Positions 1 through 12,588 of a stretch of DNA of 64,000 nt are shown here, one piece after another. This DNA comes from Selaginella moellendorffii (lineage: Eukaryota > Plantae > Lycopodiophyta): NCBI RefSeq assembly GCF_000143415.4, contig NW_003314277.1, positions 2,282,633-2,346,632 on the forward strand. Reading direction: 5' to 3'. The notes under the pieces are model-generated. The model searched no databases, was not told where the DNA came from, and saw only the letters and a list, made by a program, of their open reading frames with translations. Both the position numbers and the translations under genes were made by a program. Each line of letters opens with the position of its first letter. Position 1 is the first letter of the stretch.

Positions 1-795
1 AATTCTTATCAAGGACTTGAATGGTAACCACGTAGTCCAGCGCTGCCTCCAGCGCCTTGGGAACGAGGAGAACCAGGTTAGAGCTTTTGGATTGTCTCGC
101 CTCTAGCTTACTAACAAAGTGGCAACTCTGGCATGCAGTTCATTTTTGATGCCGCGGCGCAGCACTGTGTCGAAGTTGGAACCCACAGGCACGGGTGCTG
201 TGTTCTTCAGCGGTGTGTGGATTTTTCAAAAGGTGTACAAAAGGAGCGCTTGGTTGGAGAAATAGCCGCCAACGCGCTAGTGCTTTCGCAGGATCAATAC
301 GGGTATGCAATGGCCTTCCTTTCTTTCGAGCCTCAGTGACGCTTTGTTGGTGCAGTAACTATGTTGTGCAATACATCTTGGACGAGGCGCCGTGGATAGC
401 TCCGGAGGTGATGGCCCAGCTGGAGGGGCACCACGCGCACCTCGCGATGCAAAAGTTTAGCAGTAACGTTGTAGAGAAGTGCCTGAAGCAAGGGGCGGAT
501 GACAAGCGTGCGCGAATCATACACGAGCTAACCAAGAGTGCGTTCCTGGGGCAGCTGCTGCAGGATCCCTTTGCAAACTACGTGATCCAGTGCGCGCTTA
601 CAGTCACGAAGGTAATCCAAAGTTTGAAAGTTTGTTCGATTTGTTCTAGCTCTGGGAACTTACACTTGTGGTATCCAAATCCAGGGAGCTTTGCACGCGA
701 GCTTGGTGGAAGCTATACGTCCGCATCTACCAGCACTGCGCAGCAGCCCATACGGGAAGAGAATTTTGTGCCGGACAAACCTTAAGAAGGCGTGA
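1..795 (+). CDS. Pumilio/PUF RNA-binding protein, 3' part (APUM7-12-like); exons ~1-76, 139-302, 356-611, 685-795
   Basis: Spliced translation gives consecutive PUF repeats (DLNGNHVVQRCL, HRHGCCVLQRC, YGNYVVQYIL, KFSSNVVEKCL, PFANYVIQCAL) and ends ...SPYGKRILCRTNLKKA* (TGA 793-795). Introns are GT-AG. Confidence 0.92.
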
Positions 796-1106
796 GTTAA
801 GCGGCAAGAGGATTTTGTCTTTCCGGACAAAGCTTAAGAAGACGTGAGGAGCTCTCGATAGAGAACCATTGATCAAGCGTTTCGTACGGTAACTAGACGG
901 GAAAATTTTCTCTCCATGTTTTTGATCATTTGCTCTTACTGATACTTGCGGCATGTACATTTGGAAAATGTAAAACTTTTATAAAAATGGAGCCTTGTAC
1001 GGCTAGGGTCTAGGGTTTGGGGTTTTGGGGTTTAAGGTTTAGGGCCAAGTCATTCCTTCGTACACATGGCGCTTTGGGTGTCCACGTGGATGCTCTTCTA
1101 GGGTTT

Positions 1107-2814
1107 ATGGCCAGCGGCCTAGTTTTTTTCTCCTCGATCTCTCCGTGTACCGCCTCGCGTCCCATGGCGCGAGCTTCAATCGACGAGAAGACGAGGCCTC
1201 CGATGCTCTCGAAAGGCGCATTTTCTCCTCCGGATTGGGCCAAACACTTGAATCCAGCGCCGAGCAGCATCTACAGTCTCGCACAGGTATGCTCAATTCT
1301 CCATTCTTTCTTCCTACATTTTGCTCTTGCAGCTTCCATCGCCAATCCATCGCTGGGATTTGCCGAATTTGCCTGCTGATACCCAAGTTTGGATCAAGGT
1401 TGTGTGTGTGTGTGTGTTATTCTTCTTGTGTCTAAGATTTTTTTTTTTTCCATTCGATCGCAGAGAGATGATCTCACTGGAATGCAGCTGAGCGGGAACA
1501 AGGTGAGAAAGCTGGAATTTCTCCTGGCAGAAGCAAAGTTACAAGGTGCCGATTGCGTGGTAACCATCGGTGGAATCCAAAGCAACCATTGTAGAGCCAC
1601 CGCTGTTGCTGCTCGCTATCTGGATCTCGACTGCTATCTCATCCTTAGAACAAGCAAGGTGTGTTCTTCTTCTTTTCTTTTCTTTTTTTCTTTTCAACCT
1701 TTCTTCTTTACTTTGGTGTAGAGTCTGGTGAATGAAGATCCTGGACTTGTTGGTAACTTACTTGTAGAGCGACTCGTGGGAGCTCGTGTGGAGCTCGTAT
1801 CGAAAGAAGAGTACACGAAGCACGGAAGTGAGGTATTGCTTCTTTTCCCAGAGTTCGATTGCGTTTTTTAATCAAGTTTCTCGCTTGTTTTGCAGGCGCT
1901 TGGAGACATGCTCGTAGAAAAACTAAGAGCCCAAGGAAGAAAGCCTTATCTCATCCCTGTTGGTGGCTCCAATTCTCTTGGAACCTGGTTAGTATCTCAG
2001 AGTTTCTTTCTTCTTTGTTTTCTGAGCTTGCTTGTAGGGGCTATATTTCCGCAGCACAGGAGATTGAGCAGCAAATAGAGGCTGGGACGTGTCCCCGTTT
2101 TGACGAGATTGTCATGGCATGCGGAAGGTTAGTTCATACTTTTCCTCTTTTCATGTAGCTGATGTAGTTGTTTATGGATTCTTTTATCGTAGTGGTGGAA
2201 CTACAGCAGGACTGGCTCTAGGAAACCATCTCAGCATGATCAAGGCCAAGGTTTTGTTTTTGTTCTTTGTATCGGTATCTAAACAAGGAAGAGGTTTTGG
2301 ACAGGTTCATGGTTACACAGTCTGTGACAGCCCGGACTATTTCTACGATTACATCCAGGGACTTCTGGATGGTTTACATGCGCAAGTGGACTCTCGAGAC
2401 ATTGTCAGGCTGGTTGATGTAAGTTTGCTGCTTGTTGATGGAAGGATTGGAGGAGCTAACACTGTAAGAACTTGATCAGGCCAAAGGACTGGGATACGCA
2501 CTGAGTAGTACAGGAGAGCTTGAGCTGGTGAAAGAGATCTCGGAGGCCACTGGCGTAATTCTGGATCCAGTTTATAGGTGAGGAGAGAAGTCTTCTCACC
2601 AAGTGTTCTCTAACTAGAAATCTCTTCGTTTCTTTGTGTGTTTGTCAGTGGGAAAGCATTGCATGGCATGGTGAAAGACATGGTGTGCGATGCCAAGTAT
2701 TGGACAGGGAAGAAGGTGCTGTTCATTCACACTGGAGGCCTCCTTGGCATGTTTGATAAACTCCAGCAGATCCAACCCCTCACTGGGAATTGGAGGAGAA
2801 TGCAAATCATGTAA
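1107..2814 (+). CDS. DCD: D-cysteine desulfhydrase (PLP-dependent, ACC-deaminase-like fold), multi-exon, probable organellar transit peptide
   Basis: Exons encode [34 protein letters not shown] (PLP Lys), [49 protein letters not shown] and [10 protein letters not shown]. Stop TAA 2812-2814. Start ATG 1107 is inferred. Confidence 0.93.
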
Positions 2815-3185
2815 ATCTAAATTCTTAGTCAGAGAAAGGAAATTCCTCCATTTGAAGGTCCCTTGGAATATCTTGCAACGATCAACAAATCAAAAACTCC
2901 TTCAATGCATTCTTGCAGTATTTCCCTCCCTTGACACGCAGCAGACTCCAATTCTCGTTGTCTCCCACACACATCTCACACAGACTCGAAAGAAATACGA
3001 TACGCTGGAGCCGGAAGGATCTAGAAAGCGCTCATCACTGCCAATATAAGCCCAGCCCTATGCTCTCTGAGCTTGTGTCCGTCCTACCTCGCTGAGTGCT
3101 CTCCTTTTCTCCCTGGTGGAGTGCTCTCGCTGGTTCCATATTTTTTTCCCCTGGTCTTGCTTTCTAGTGCTCGTTCCATGTCCAT

Positions 3186-3960
3186 CTTGCTCGCCATTTC
3201 GTTTGTCTTGTTTGTTTACACTGGCGATGGCGGTGGTGTTCAAACACATGAACATCTGTGTTCAAAAACCTGAATGTCAGGTTTTTGAACAGCACTGCCA
3301 TCGCCACCAACGCCACCAACGGTTTTCGACTGCCTGACCTCGTTGCATACGGAATTGTTAGACTTGCACGAGTTTTCTTTGGGAACCGGCGCTTCCCTCC
3401 ACAAGGAAAATCAGGTTTTTGAACAGGTTACCATTTCCATCGCCAGTGTAAACAAGACAAACGAAATGGCGGGCAAGACTTGTTGACACTGGCGATGGCG
3501 ATGGCTAAAAAAACCTGAACATCTGTGTTCGCCATTTGGGTCTTTAAGTGCAGCTCCTCTAGTTTTCTTTGGGAAAAGGAGATCTTAAAAAATCAGCAGT
3601 GATTTTCTTTCTGTAGGGAAGATCTCCTCTTCCCAACAAAAAACAACGGTGATCAGATAGAGCATCTTGCTCTCATGATCATGATGGTTGCTACTGTTGG
3701 TGAACAGCCAAAGCAGCAGCCAAAGCGGCCAAGGCAGCGTGATATCACGCTGCCTTGGTTTCTTTGGCTCCGATGAAGCAGGATGGTCTCAAGATTCCTC
3801 TTCTCTTTTGGCTACTGAGAATGGATGTTTAAAAGGAAATCATGAGAGAAACGGGATAGATTCTTGAAACTTCTGGTGTGCGAATTGCTCCAATGCGCGT
3901 GCAGAATAGCTTCATTCATTCCAACTATTCCTGCCGGGAGCGATTATCTAGCCAAGGGAG
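3186..3960. repeat. Cluster of inverted repeats/hairpins (copy 1)
   Basis: IR 3186-3230/3437-3477; perfect 15-bp IR 3259-3291; IR 3569-3635; perfect 30-bp palindrome 3729-3758. Confidence 0.85.
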
Positions 3961-5229
3961 CGCAAACAAACTATTTATAGAGCTCTAACAAGGCCATGTT
4001 CGAAAGAAAAAGATTCATCCAATTTTGTGATTATTTTGGCACTATTTAGTGTTTAGAAACAAGCTCTTGCAAAACCTCAATCGCAGCCAAAAGGTCTACT
4101 TTCAAAGCGAAAGGAAATCAACTGGCGCCCTTCGCCTTGACACGTGCTTAACTGATTGCAAGCGAGTGACGAGCCCTCCAAGAGTTACTGGTTTGTTTCT
4201 GGCAAACTCTCGCTCGCAAGGATTTGCCGGAGGTTTAGGTAAAGATGCATGCACCGATCCGAGGTCAGTAGCATATGTAACTAAGCAATGCCCAGTCTCT
4301 GAAAATGTGTAGCAGGAAAACTTTTCAGGGGCGAGGCCCAAACTCCAACTATATCATCAACAAGGTAATTAAGTTTGAATTGCTGAAGAGAATTCTAAAG
4401 GCTTGTAAACTTCCCTGGCGGATTTCTTCCGAAGAGATCTAATGCTAATGGTACAGTATCCAGGACGCTTGGACCATTCATTTGTTGAAAGAAGGAAGGC
4501 TACATAGTTTGGGCTTCCGGTTTTGCAATCCCAGTTTGAGCTCGGTTAGCGCCATGGAAGGGAAGCCAGCCATTCGTGAGTTCGATGGAGTAGGTTTCGA
4601 AGGGTTCAGGATGCATCTTGAATCCTATCTCCTTTCCGCGGTTTGTTTGGCATTGTAGATGGGACAGAGCCTACAATGGGACAGAGCCACTGCTAGCACT
4701 GAGTGCAAATGCTGCAGATATTCGTGATTGGACTCTTCGGGACTCCAAGGCTAGGGGCAGTATCACAATGTGTCTCTCCTCGAATGTGCTCCTTGCTGCC
4801 CATTCTTGGAATGGACGATGTCCAAAAGTAGATTTGGACATATAAATTACAAATCTCTCCAACATATAAAAGTTCATGCTATTGTTATTAGCTGAGTATT
4901 CTATTTATATTTTGTGAACTTTACATTTTAGGCAAACATCACCACTATAATTTTTCATTGAGCAAGCATTGTGTATTGCCAAAGGTCAATGTGAGTATTA
5001 GCTTCCATGGTTTGGAAAGCTTAAATTGAATCAGCAGTAGTGAGCTCATACAAATCCCTTGTGGCCCAAGTAACAACTACATATACAGAACGAAAAAGTC
5101 ACTAGAGTCAATTCAGAAGACTCCCTTGGCATCTAAGACTACCATTGCACTTTCTCACAACAAATATTAAGTTTATCAGTTTAATAGTTTAGCAGTTCAT
5201 ATTTTTTCATAGCAAGGTAGAGATAAAGA

Positions 5230-6560
5230 GGCCATGGTCCTCCCATGATCAAGTTAAAGCTGGAATTAATTAATGCCTTCCATAGGTATGGTTGTGTCAT
5301 TGCCAAGTTAAACATTATGTTTGTTATTGTTCAACTGGTACCACTCAAAGACAGTCTTCTTATTGCCCATAAGAATAATACAACTAGAGTCTACTTAGTG
5401 CCACAACTGCCTTTGCATTGTGGAACTCCTCATCATGTTATGCCAAATCCATCACTCTTGAGAAAATTGGCTTGGAGATGAGGAATTAGGCTTGCAATTA
5501 TATGGCCCCAAAGCCTGCTAGCTGTTGCTGCAAAAGCATACACTGATTCTTGGCAAGTCTGGGTTTGGCATACCTAGATGCCCTAGAAGTTTTCTCTTTC
5601 TGGATGAGACTTGCCTTGTTCTTTTGATCCCACTTGTGGGAGCAAACTTGGTTTTACCTCTGCCACTAGCTCCTATTCATGTTTTGCCACCAGCTCCATT
5701 AACTCCTCTGGGAAATCCTTTATAGATATCCTTGAACTAGTTAATGCTACTCTAGTCAAGGATAAGCCTCCAATGCTCATCAACGTCATGGCATGCCTAA
5801 TTTGCTGCCATTATTCACCTACAGAAATGTTGGCCCTCATTGAAAGTCCAGGAAAATGCTAAAATATATGTTGTGGAGCTTGATGACTTTTGCAGCCTTG
5901 TTGATGCCAGCATCCCCATGACCTATGATGAGGCTGTCTCTGTTGTCTCTGGTAAGGCTCACCTTGCTAGTGTGGAAGAAGTTGCTTCCATTTGGGTTAA
6001 TGGCATGTGGATTCTACACCACTAGGATCAAAATAGATTTTTTCCAAAAAGTATGAGATTTAAGGCATGATTGCTTGTTCATGGCTTTTGCCAAGTTCAT
6101 AGCGTCAACTACAATGAAACATTTTCCCAAGTTGCCAGCCTTCATTCTGTGTTTTGCACATGCAGCTGCTATATGGATGTCAAGATGGCCTTCTTGAATG
6201 GGGATACCCAGAGGATATCAACATGCATATGATGTTGAGCTGTATGGCAATTGCAGAAAGCTTTGTATGGTTTGAAACAAAACTCTTGCATCTAGTATAA
6301 AAAATTTGATGCTAGAGGTCATGCAAGGAGCATGCTCATTATGGCTCTCTACATTGATGATTTGCTCATCATGGGTGATGCTCCTGATGTCAAGGCAGCA
6401 ATAGCATATGGGTGATGCTCCTGATGCCAAGGCAGAAATGGCATATAGGTGCTCTTCAGGTTTTCCTATTTTTTTCCTCAATATAATAATTGATGCACTC
6501 TTTTTGTTCAAAGCAGCTAGTTTGATGTTCAAACATATTGCCCTGGAGCTGCATATGAGA
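5230..6560 (+). mobile_element. Degenerate Ty1/Copia pol remnant
   Basis: Interrupted RT motifs: HGFCQVHSVNYNETF, MDVKMAFLNG, QLQKALYGLKQ, LYIDDLLIMG. Boundaries approximate. Confidence 0.8.
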
Positions 6561-6904
6561 CGATGTCCTCTTCCCTATCAAGACTTCAATATGGCATCGA
6601 CAGTGCTGTGGCCGTAGTTTACCAATAAATTACGATCGGGAACTAATAGACACCTGAAGCATTATTTGAGCCACCAGCATTAAATTAGTGTTATTAAATC
6701 ATTGCAATGACTCAACGCAAATCCTACTATTCAGAGTCAGGGAAGCTAAGGAGCGCTTCCAGGTACTGCTGCTTCGCGAAGGAGGCTCTTGGTCCTTCTC
6801 AATCACATCGGAAAATCTCCTTCTCTTAGTAGGCCACAGATTTGCCCCATTGTGAAACGTGGATATGATTATACATTGAAGTTTTATTAGTATTTCAACG
6901 AGAT

Positions 6905-8137
6905 TGCTGGGATTTGCCGAGTTGGCACCCAAGTCTGGATCAAAGTTGTGTTTTCTTGTCTCTAAAATTTTTTCATCCGATCCTCTAAAATCTTTTCATT
7001 TCGATGAGCTCACTGGAATGCAGCTAAGCGGGAACAAGGTGAGAAAGCTGGAATTTCTCTTGGCGGAAGCAAAGGTACAAGGTGCCGATTGCGTGATAAC
7101 CATCGGTGGAATCCCAAGCAACCATTGTAGAGCCACCGCTGTTGCTACTGTCTGCTCGACTGCTATCTCATCCTTAGAACAAGCAAGCTTCTTCTTTTTT
7201 TTTTTTCAGCTTTTCTTCTCTACTTTGGTCGAAAGAAGACTACCGCTAGTGTTCGTTTTTCAGAGTTCGATAGCGTTTTTTCTCAAGTTTTCGCTTGTTT
7301 TGCAGGCCGTTGGAGACATGCTCGTAGAAAAACTAAGAGCCCAAGGAAGAACGCCTTATCTCATCCCTGTTGGTGGCTCCAATTCTCTTGGAGCCTGGTT
7401 AGTACCTCTTATCCTTCATAAGTTTTGTTCTTCGTTGTTTCTAAGCTTGCTTGCTAGGGGCTATATTTGCGCTGCACGGGAGATTGAGCAGCAAGTAGAG
7501 GCTGGGACGTGTCCCCGTTTAGACGAGATTGTCATGGCATGCGGAAGGTTAGTTCATACTTTTCCTCTTTTTATGTATGGATTCTCTTTTCGTAGCGGTG
7601 GAACTACATCAGGACTGGCATCTCAGCATGTTAAAGGCCAGGGTTTTGTTCTTGTTCTTTGTTTCGGTGTCTAAGCAATGAAGAGGTTTTGGACAGGTTC
7701 ATGGTTAAAGAGTCTGTGACAGCCCGGACTATTTCTACGATTACATCCAGGGACTCGCAAGTGAACCCTCGAGACATTGTCAGGCTGGTTGATGTAAGTT
7801 TGCTGCTTATTGATGGGAAGATTGAAAGAGCTAACAAAACTTGATCAGGCCCAAGGACTGGGATACGCTACAGGAGAGTTTGAGCTGGTGAAAGAGATCT
7901 CGGAGGCCACTGGCGTAATTCTGGATCCAGTTTATAGGTGAGGAGAGAAGTCTTTCGAGTGTTCTCCAACTAAAATCTCTTTTCTTGTTTCTCAGTGGGA
8001 AAGCATTGCATGGCAGGTTAAGACATGGTGTGTGATGCCCAGTATTGGACAGGGAAGAAGGTGCTGTCTATTCACACTGGCCTCCTTGGCATGTCTGATA
8101 AACTCCAGCCCCTCACTGGGAATTGCAAATTATGTAA
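6905..8137 (+). pseudogene. D-cysteine desulfhydrase pseudogene (5'-truncated genomic duplicate)
   Basis: Colinear with 1352-2814 including introns, but has many small deletions and frameshifts. The exon at ~1722-1832 is largely lost and QSNH is changed to PSNH. Confidence 0.9.
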
Positions 8138-8159
8138 ATTGAAATTCTTAATGAAACTC

Positions 8160-9115
8160 CCGTCCATTTGAAGGATATCTCGCAACGATCACCAATTCAA
8201 AAACTCCTTGAATGGCGGCCTGGTTTCTTGTCACTCCATTTTCCATTAATTCCCTCCCTTGACACGCAGCAGACTCCTATTCTCGTCAACTCCCACACAC
8301 ATCTCACACAGACTCGAAAGGAATATGACACGCTGGAGCCATGGAAGGATCTAGAAAGCGCAAAATTCTTCTTCATCGCTACTCATATAAGCCGAGGCCC
8401 CAGCCCCTTGCTCTCCCAGCGCTCTCAGTGCTCTCGCTGGTTTCCTTTTCTCCCTGTTTTCGCTTTCTCCCTAGTGCTCTCTGCTTTCCTTTTTTTCCCT
8501 GGTCTTGCTTTCCATTGCTTTAAGTTGGGACTGAATCTTGCTCGCCCTGGCAATGGCGGTGGTGTGAACATCTTTCGTGTGTCTGTCGTGCGGGTGGCAG
8601 GACAGATGTTCAGGCTTTTGAATACCACGCCATTGCCACCACTGTCATCACCAACATGTGATGAGTTTTCTTTGAGAAGAGGAGATCTTCCCTGCACAAA
8701 CAGATCTCCTCTTCCCAAACTCTGGTCCAGCTGGTGACGGAGCAGAGCTCTACAAAAGGTACGAACAAAAAACAAGAGCTTCTTGCATGCTGCCTTTGCC
8801 GCTTTGGCTCCTGCGAGCAGCCGGAGGATGTGCATATGGGGAATTTCTGAAGCAAAGTGGCAGCAAGAAACCTCCATGAGAGACTCTCATGGAGGTATTT
8901 TGCTGCCTCTTTGCTTCAGGAATTCTCTCCTTTGGCTACTGGTAATCGGTTCCGATTGTTTCATGTTGGAATAGAACTCCCTAGATTCCTCTTCTCCTCT
9001 TGGCTAGATAATCGCTCGCGGCAGGAATAGCTCTTTCCCCTTGGAACGAATGAAGCTATATTGAAACTTTGGCGCGCGCATTGGAGCAATTCGCGCACCA
9101 GAAGTTTCAAGAACC
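8160..9115. repeat. Duplicate of the DCD downstream region with hairpin cluster (copy 2)
   Basis: 8160-8430 matches 2845-3135. Hairpins at 8548-8638, 8672-8717, 8841-8925 and 9061-9110. 8996-9113 is the reverse complement of ~3860-3960. Confidence 0.85.
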
Positions 9116-9229
9116 GTTAGAAACCTTCCTGATTCTCTTGTAAACAACATTCCATTCTCTTCTTCCCGTCTTTAGCAAGCAACAAGCAAGCGAAAACAAT
9201 CAAATCATCTCCAGCTCCAAGCAAAATTC

Positions 9230-9650
9230 TCCATGTCCCTGGCAGGGCCACGATCACTGCGTTTCGATCTTCGAAAGAACAAGATTCATCCAGGTGATTT
9301 TTCACATCAGTCACTTCATATGGCGGGATCCGGTAAAGGCCTCGATCATTGCTCACACCTGGGACGAGCATCGCGGTCATCGCTATTTGTGGTAAACGCT
9401 AAAGATCTAAGAGTTCATGATCATTCTGCTGGTGATGGATCAGATGCGCAGCTCGGCAATCTCTTCCTTGATAAATCAAAGCTTTGCACCTCAGGATCGA
9501 CAAAGGCGCCTTCGAAAAAGCCTTGCAGCAGCTGTCCCGGCTCCCGGAGAATTGGAGATGGTGGTTAAGCGTGGGATCATAGCATCTCTACGTTATCCAT
9601 GGCAGCCGCGCGCAGCGTCCTGATGATCATCACATTGGCCTCCCAAACGC
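9230..9650 (+). pseudogene. Possible degenerate PLS/E-class PPR fragment
   Basis: CSHLG followed, in another frame, by LINQSFAPQD...SLAAAVPAPGELEM, which loosely resembles PPR E-motif text. Weak. Confidence 0.25.
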
Positions 9651-11269
9651 GAGGAAGACGTGGAGCGGCCAAAGATTCAAACAAGATACCGGATATGGGC
9701 ATATGCAAAACGCACTGCATTCCATGGGAGGCTATCTTGCTTTAGGATCCTTTCAAGAACCTCTTTTAATGTATTGATTTTGCCATGCATTGCATACATT
9801 TACGTTTAGAATGCAATGCTGCGCCGTGGCATCTATAGAAACAGTTCCTGGTATCGCTCTAGATTCCCTTTCATGGAGCATCTTGCAAATCTAGCGGCGG
9901 CATGGAGACTTGATCGCAGTTCTCTATGCTAAATCAGCCCAGAGATCGCTGAAAGTTGATCTGAGCTAAAAAAACGTATTCTCTCTTCAATTCTGGTGGC
10001 CTGGAGCAAAGGAATGAGCTTTGGTTCTCACTCTGTTTCTCTTGCTCTCACCCCTTTCCCAAGTAGTCCTCACCCTTTTGCTACCAATGCTTGCATATTC
10101 TTGGTATGCTTCTGGGACTGATTGTTTGTTTGTGTAACAGGAGCCAATGTAGGCAAGAAGCTCTTGAATCCCTAGATGTCGAGGAGGGTGCTCCTGTCAG
10201 GAGCTCGTCGACGAAAGAAGGGAAGACTGGTGATGGCATGCGCACTCCCCAACCCAATATCAGAGTCGTGAGAGGAAATAGGATCTTTTGCCATGACAGA
10301 AAAATGTTTGAAAGCAGCTCGGGTGACTCGGGCAACAAGCAAACAGTGCAGAATGCAAAAAGATTTTTTGGTAGCCTCTCCTGTTTTTCAGCCAAAACAG
10401 CAGTCGCCCAAGAGAGCATGAAGGAGATACTCTTTGGTTGAAATAAAATTCCTGGTCTCCTCTTCTTGATAATCTAACAATTGGAATGAATGAAACCTTG
10501 AAAGTTATAATTAAAAATAATATTTTATTTTATTTTTGCTAATAACAACACTTAGAATAAGAGATTCTTAAAAACTTATATTACTAATAAATAAAGAATT
10601 TATAACCAACCAAAAAATTCTATAGTGGTACAATAGATAATAAAACTTTTAAATTATTCTGTTAGTAAAAATAATCTAGTAAAACACAGTTTATTATCCA
10701 GTAATTTTCTGGATGAAAATAAAATTGAATATTTTATAAATAATTTTATATAATATATTTTAAAATTTAATATTTAGTATTTTTAAATTGAAGTAAAAAA
10801 TTAACTAATATACACTTTTTATATAATAAAAGTTTTATATAACAATTAAATCTTAAATCTATGCTATTTTTTATTTTTAATAAATTACAGTAACTATATA
10901 CTCTTGAAATAACATAAAAAATTTATAGGTTTAAGGCTGGTAATGAATATGGGTTCTAAAAATTTAAATTTACATACTTTAAAGAATCTCAAAAGATAAT
11001 ATATAAATTTTAAAATAAATAAATATCCATTTAAATTTATATGAATTACATAGATGTGCTCACACTTTTAAGACTTATATCTCAAACACCAAAAAAAAAA
11101 AAAAAAACAAATCCTTCAATTTTGATTTGTTAATTTTATTATTGCCTTTTGCTGCATTTAAATGATTTTTATTAAGAAACAAATAGAAATATTATACCAG
11201 GTAAGGCATTTAAAATTTGTAAAATGAGTTGAAACTTTATACAATGGCTGCTATTGAGCTTTTGGCACC

Positions 11270-11570
11270 TCTACATCTATGGCTTTTCCATCGAAGCTGA
11301 TCAAGAATTTGTCAAGGATGAGGACAGTGAGGTTAGCCATGAGTTCCCAGGCGACTTGTTCCAGCTTCAAGACGCGACTGGACACATGCTAAAGCGGAAG
11401 TTTGCAGAGGACGATTCCATGGACAGTGTCATGTGGCGAGGAGGCTACCATGGCAGTGAGTATGCAATGGTGAATCTCCAGAACGAGCTTGGAAGTCTTC
11501 TCTATGTCGTGGCTGAGACCTCTCATTCATGGTCGTATGCTCAACTTGTGCCGGAGGGATTGTGCAAGTG
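11270..11570 (+). pseudogene. Fragment of an uncharacterised family (paralog of 44185-44790)
   Basis: LKRKFAEDDSMDSVMWRGGYHGSEYAMV aligns with LERKFAEDKSRECAVWEGGYHCSKYAMV. Confidence 0.65.
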
Positions 11571-11599
11571 GTGAATGGCAAGATCGACCCAGAATTCGC

Positions 11600-11942
11600 A
11601 AGTCTTAACGGGCTGTGGCTCGCTTGTTAACTTGATCCAACTGTTGGCAGCCGTCAAATTGAATCAGGTTCTCTGCAAGAATGTGGCTAACAACTACCAG
11701 GTTCTCCAAAACCTAGCTGCCAGCTGCCAGGTTCTAGAGAACCAGGCTACCAGCTGCCAATTCTAGAGAACCCTCTCATCCTCGAATAACATTATTCCAC
11801 ATGTCCGTTAACAGTCTCGCCACAGCCCGTTAAGGCTGTTCCCGGGCACAACCTCGCTCGTTCCCTCCAGAACGCGCTCGCCGGGCTAACACCCGGCTCA
11901 CCCGTTCTGGGCGGGAACGTGCTCGCCCTACCCGGGAACTGC
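11600..11942. mobile_element. Two adjacent small TIR/foldback (MITE-like) units
   Basis: CTTAACGGGCTGTGGC (~11604) is inverted as GCCACAGCCCGTTAAG (~11819), enclosing ~33-nt tandem repeats. GTTCCCGGG (~11838) is inverted as CCCGGGAAC (~11931). No clear TSD. Confidence 0.5.
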
Positions 11943-12039
11943 CTCATCCTCCATACTGAGTCCCCAAGGACATCGTTCCAGCTTCCAACGACTGGGAGCT
12001 ATGGGTTTAGTCACGTTCTCTTTGACGGGCTTTTGCGAT

Positions 12040-12480
12040 TGACACTCCTCATACAAGCTCTGGGCTTGTCTTGGAAGATCTTCCTATAGAACATGGTGCC
12101 AGTTGAGAGAGTCGCGAGTGAAACTCTTGTGACCCGACTCTTGGTGACGAGCGAACGCTACCATCAGAATCTGAGAACAAGGATCAAGCTCAATGACGAG
12201 ACGATGAATCGCTGAATAGTGAGATACTCCTCCACGTCCGTGTTGGTACTCCCACTGCCGGTTGTTACCGGAGGAGAGGCAGCCATTCAGCCGCTCGATC
12301 TCTCGAAAGGATGGCAGTGTGAACATCTCGCGAAAGGATGGTAGTGACGCCTTCTTCCTCTTTGACGATGGTCACGAGCGAGTGGGAAGCTGGCTCTGAA
12401 AACGTCCTCGTGGTGATTGCCGCGAGTGATCTCTGCTGCCATCGCGCACAACGTTGTGTGGACAACCTTGATGAGAATGA
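12040..12480 (-). pseudogene. Degenerate copy of the uncharacterised gene lying head-to-head with POLK
   Basis: IERLNGCLS and MVAFARHQ...RKIFQD are shared with ORF 44185-44790. Confidence 0.65.
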
Positions 12481-12588
12481 GTCCAACCGGTATATTCTAT
12501 CTCCGGTAAAAGACAGAATATTCAATGGGTTTTGTGTACGGTAAGATACTAAACCCTCGGCCGTACATTAGGTTTATTTTCAAAGCCG

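Noticed and set aside
1003-1045. TAGGGTTT-like repeats as interstitial telomere
   Set aside because: Short and degenerate; consistent with ordinary telo-box promoter motifs upstream of DCD.
10500-11250. Very AT-rich stretch as an organellar insertion or TE
   Set aside because: No recognisable coding motif or termini.
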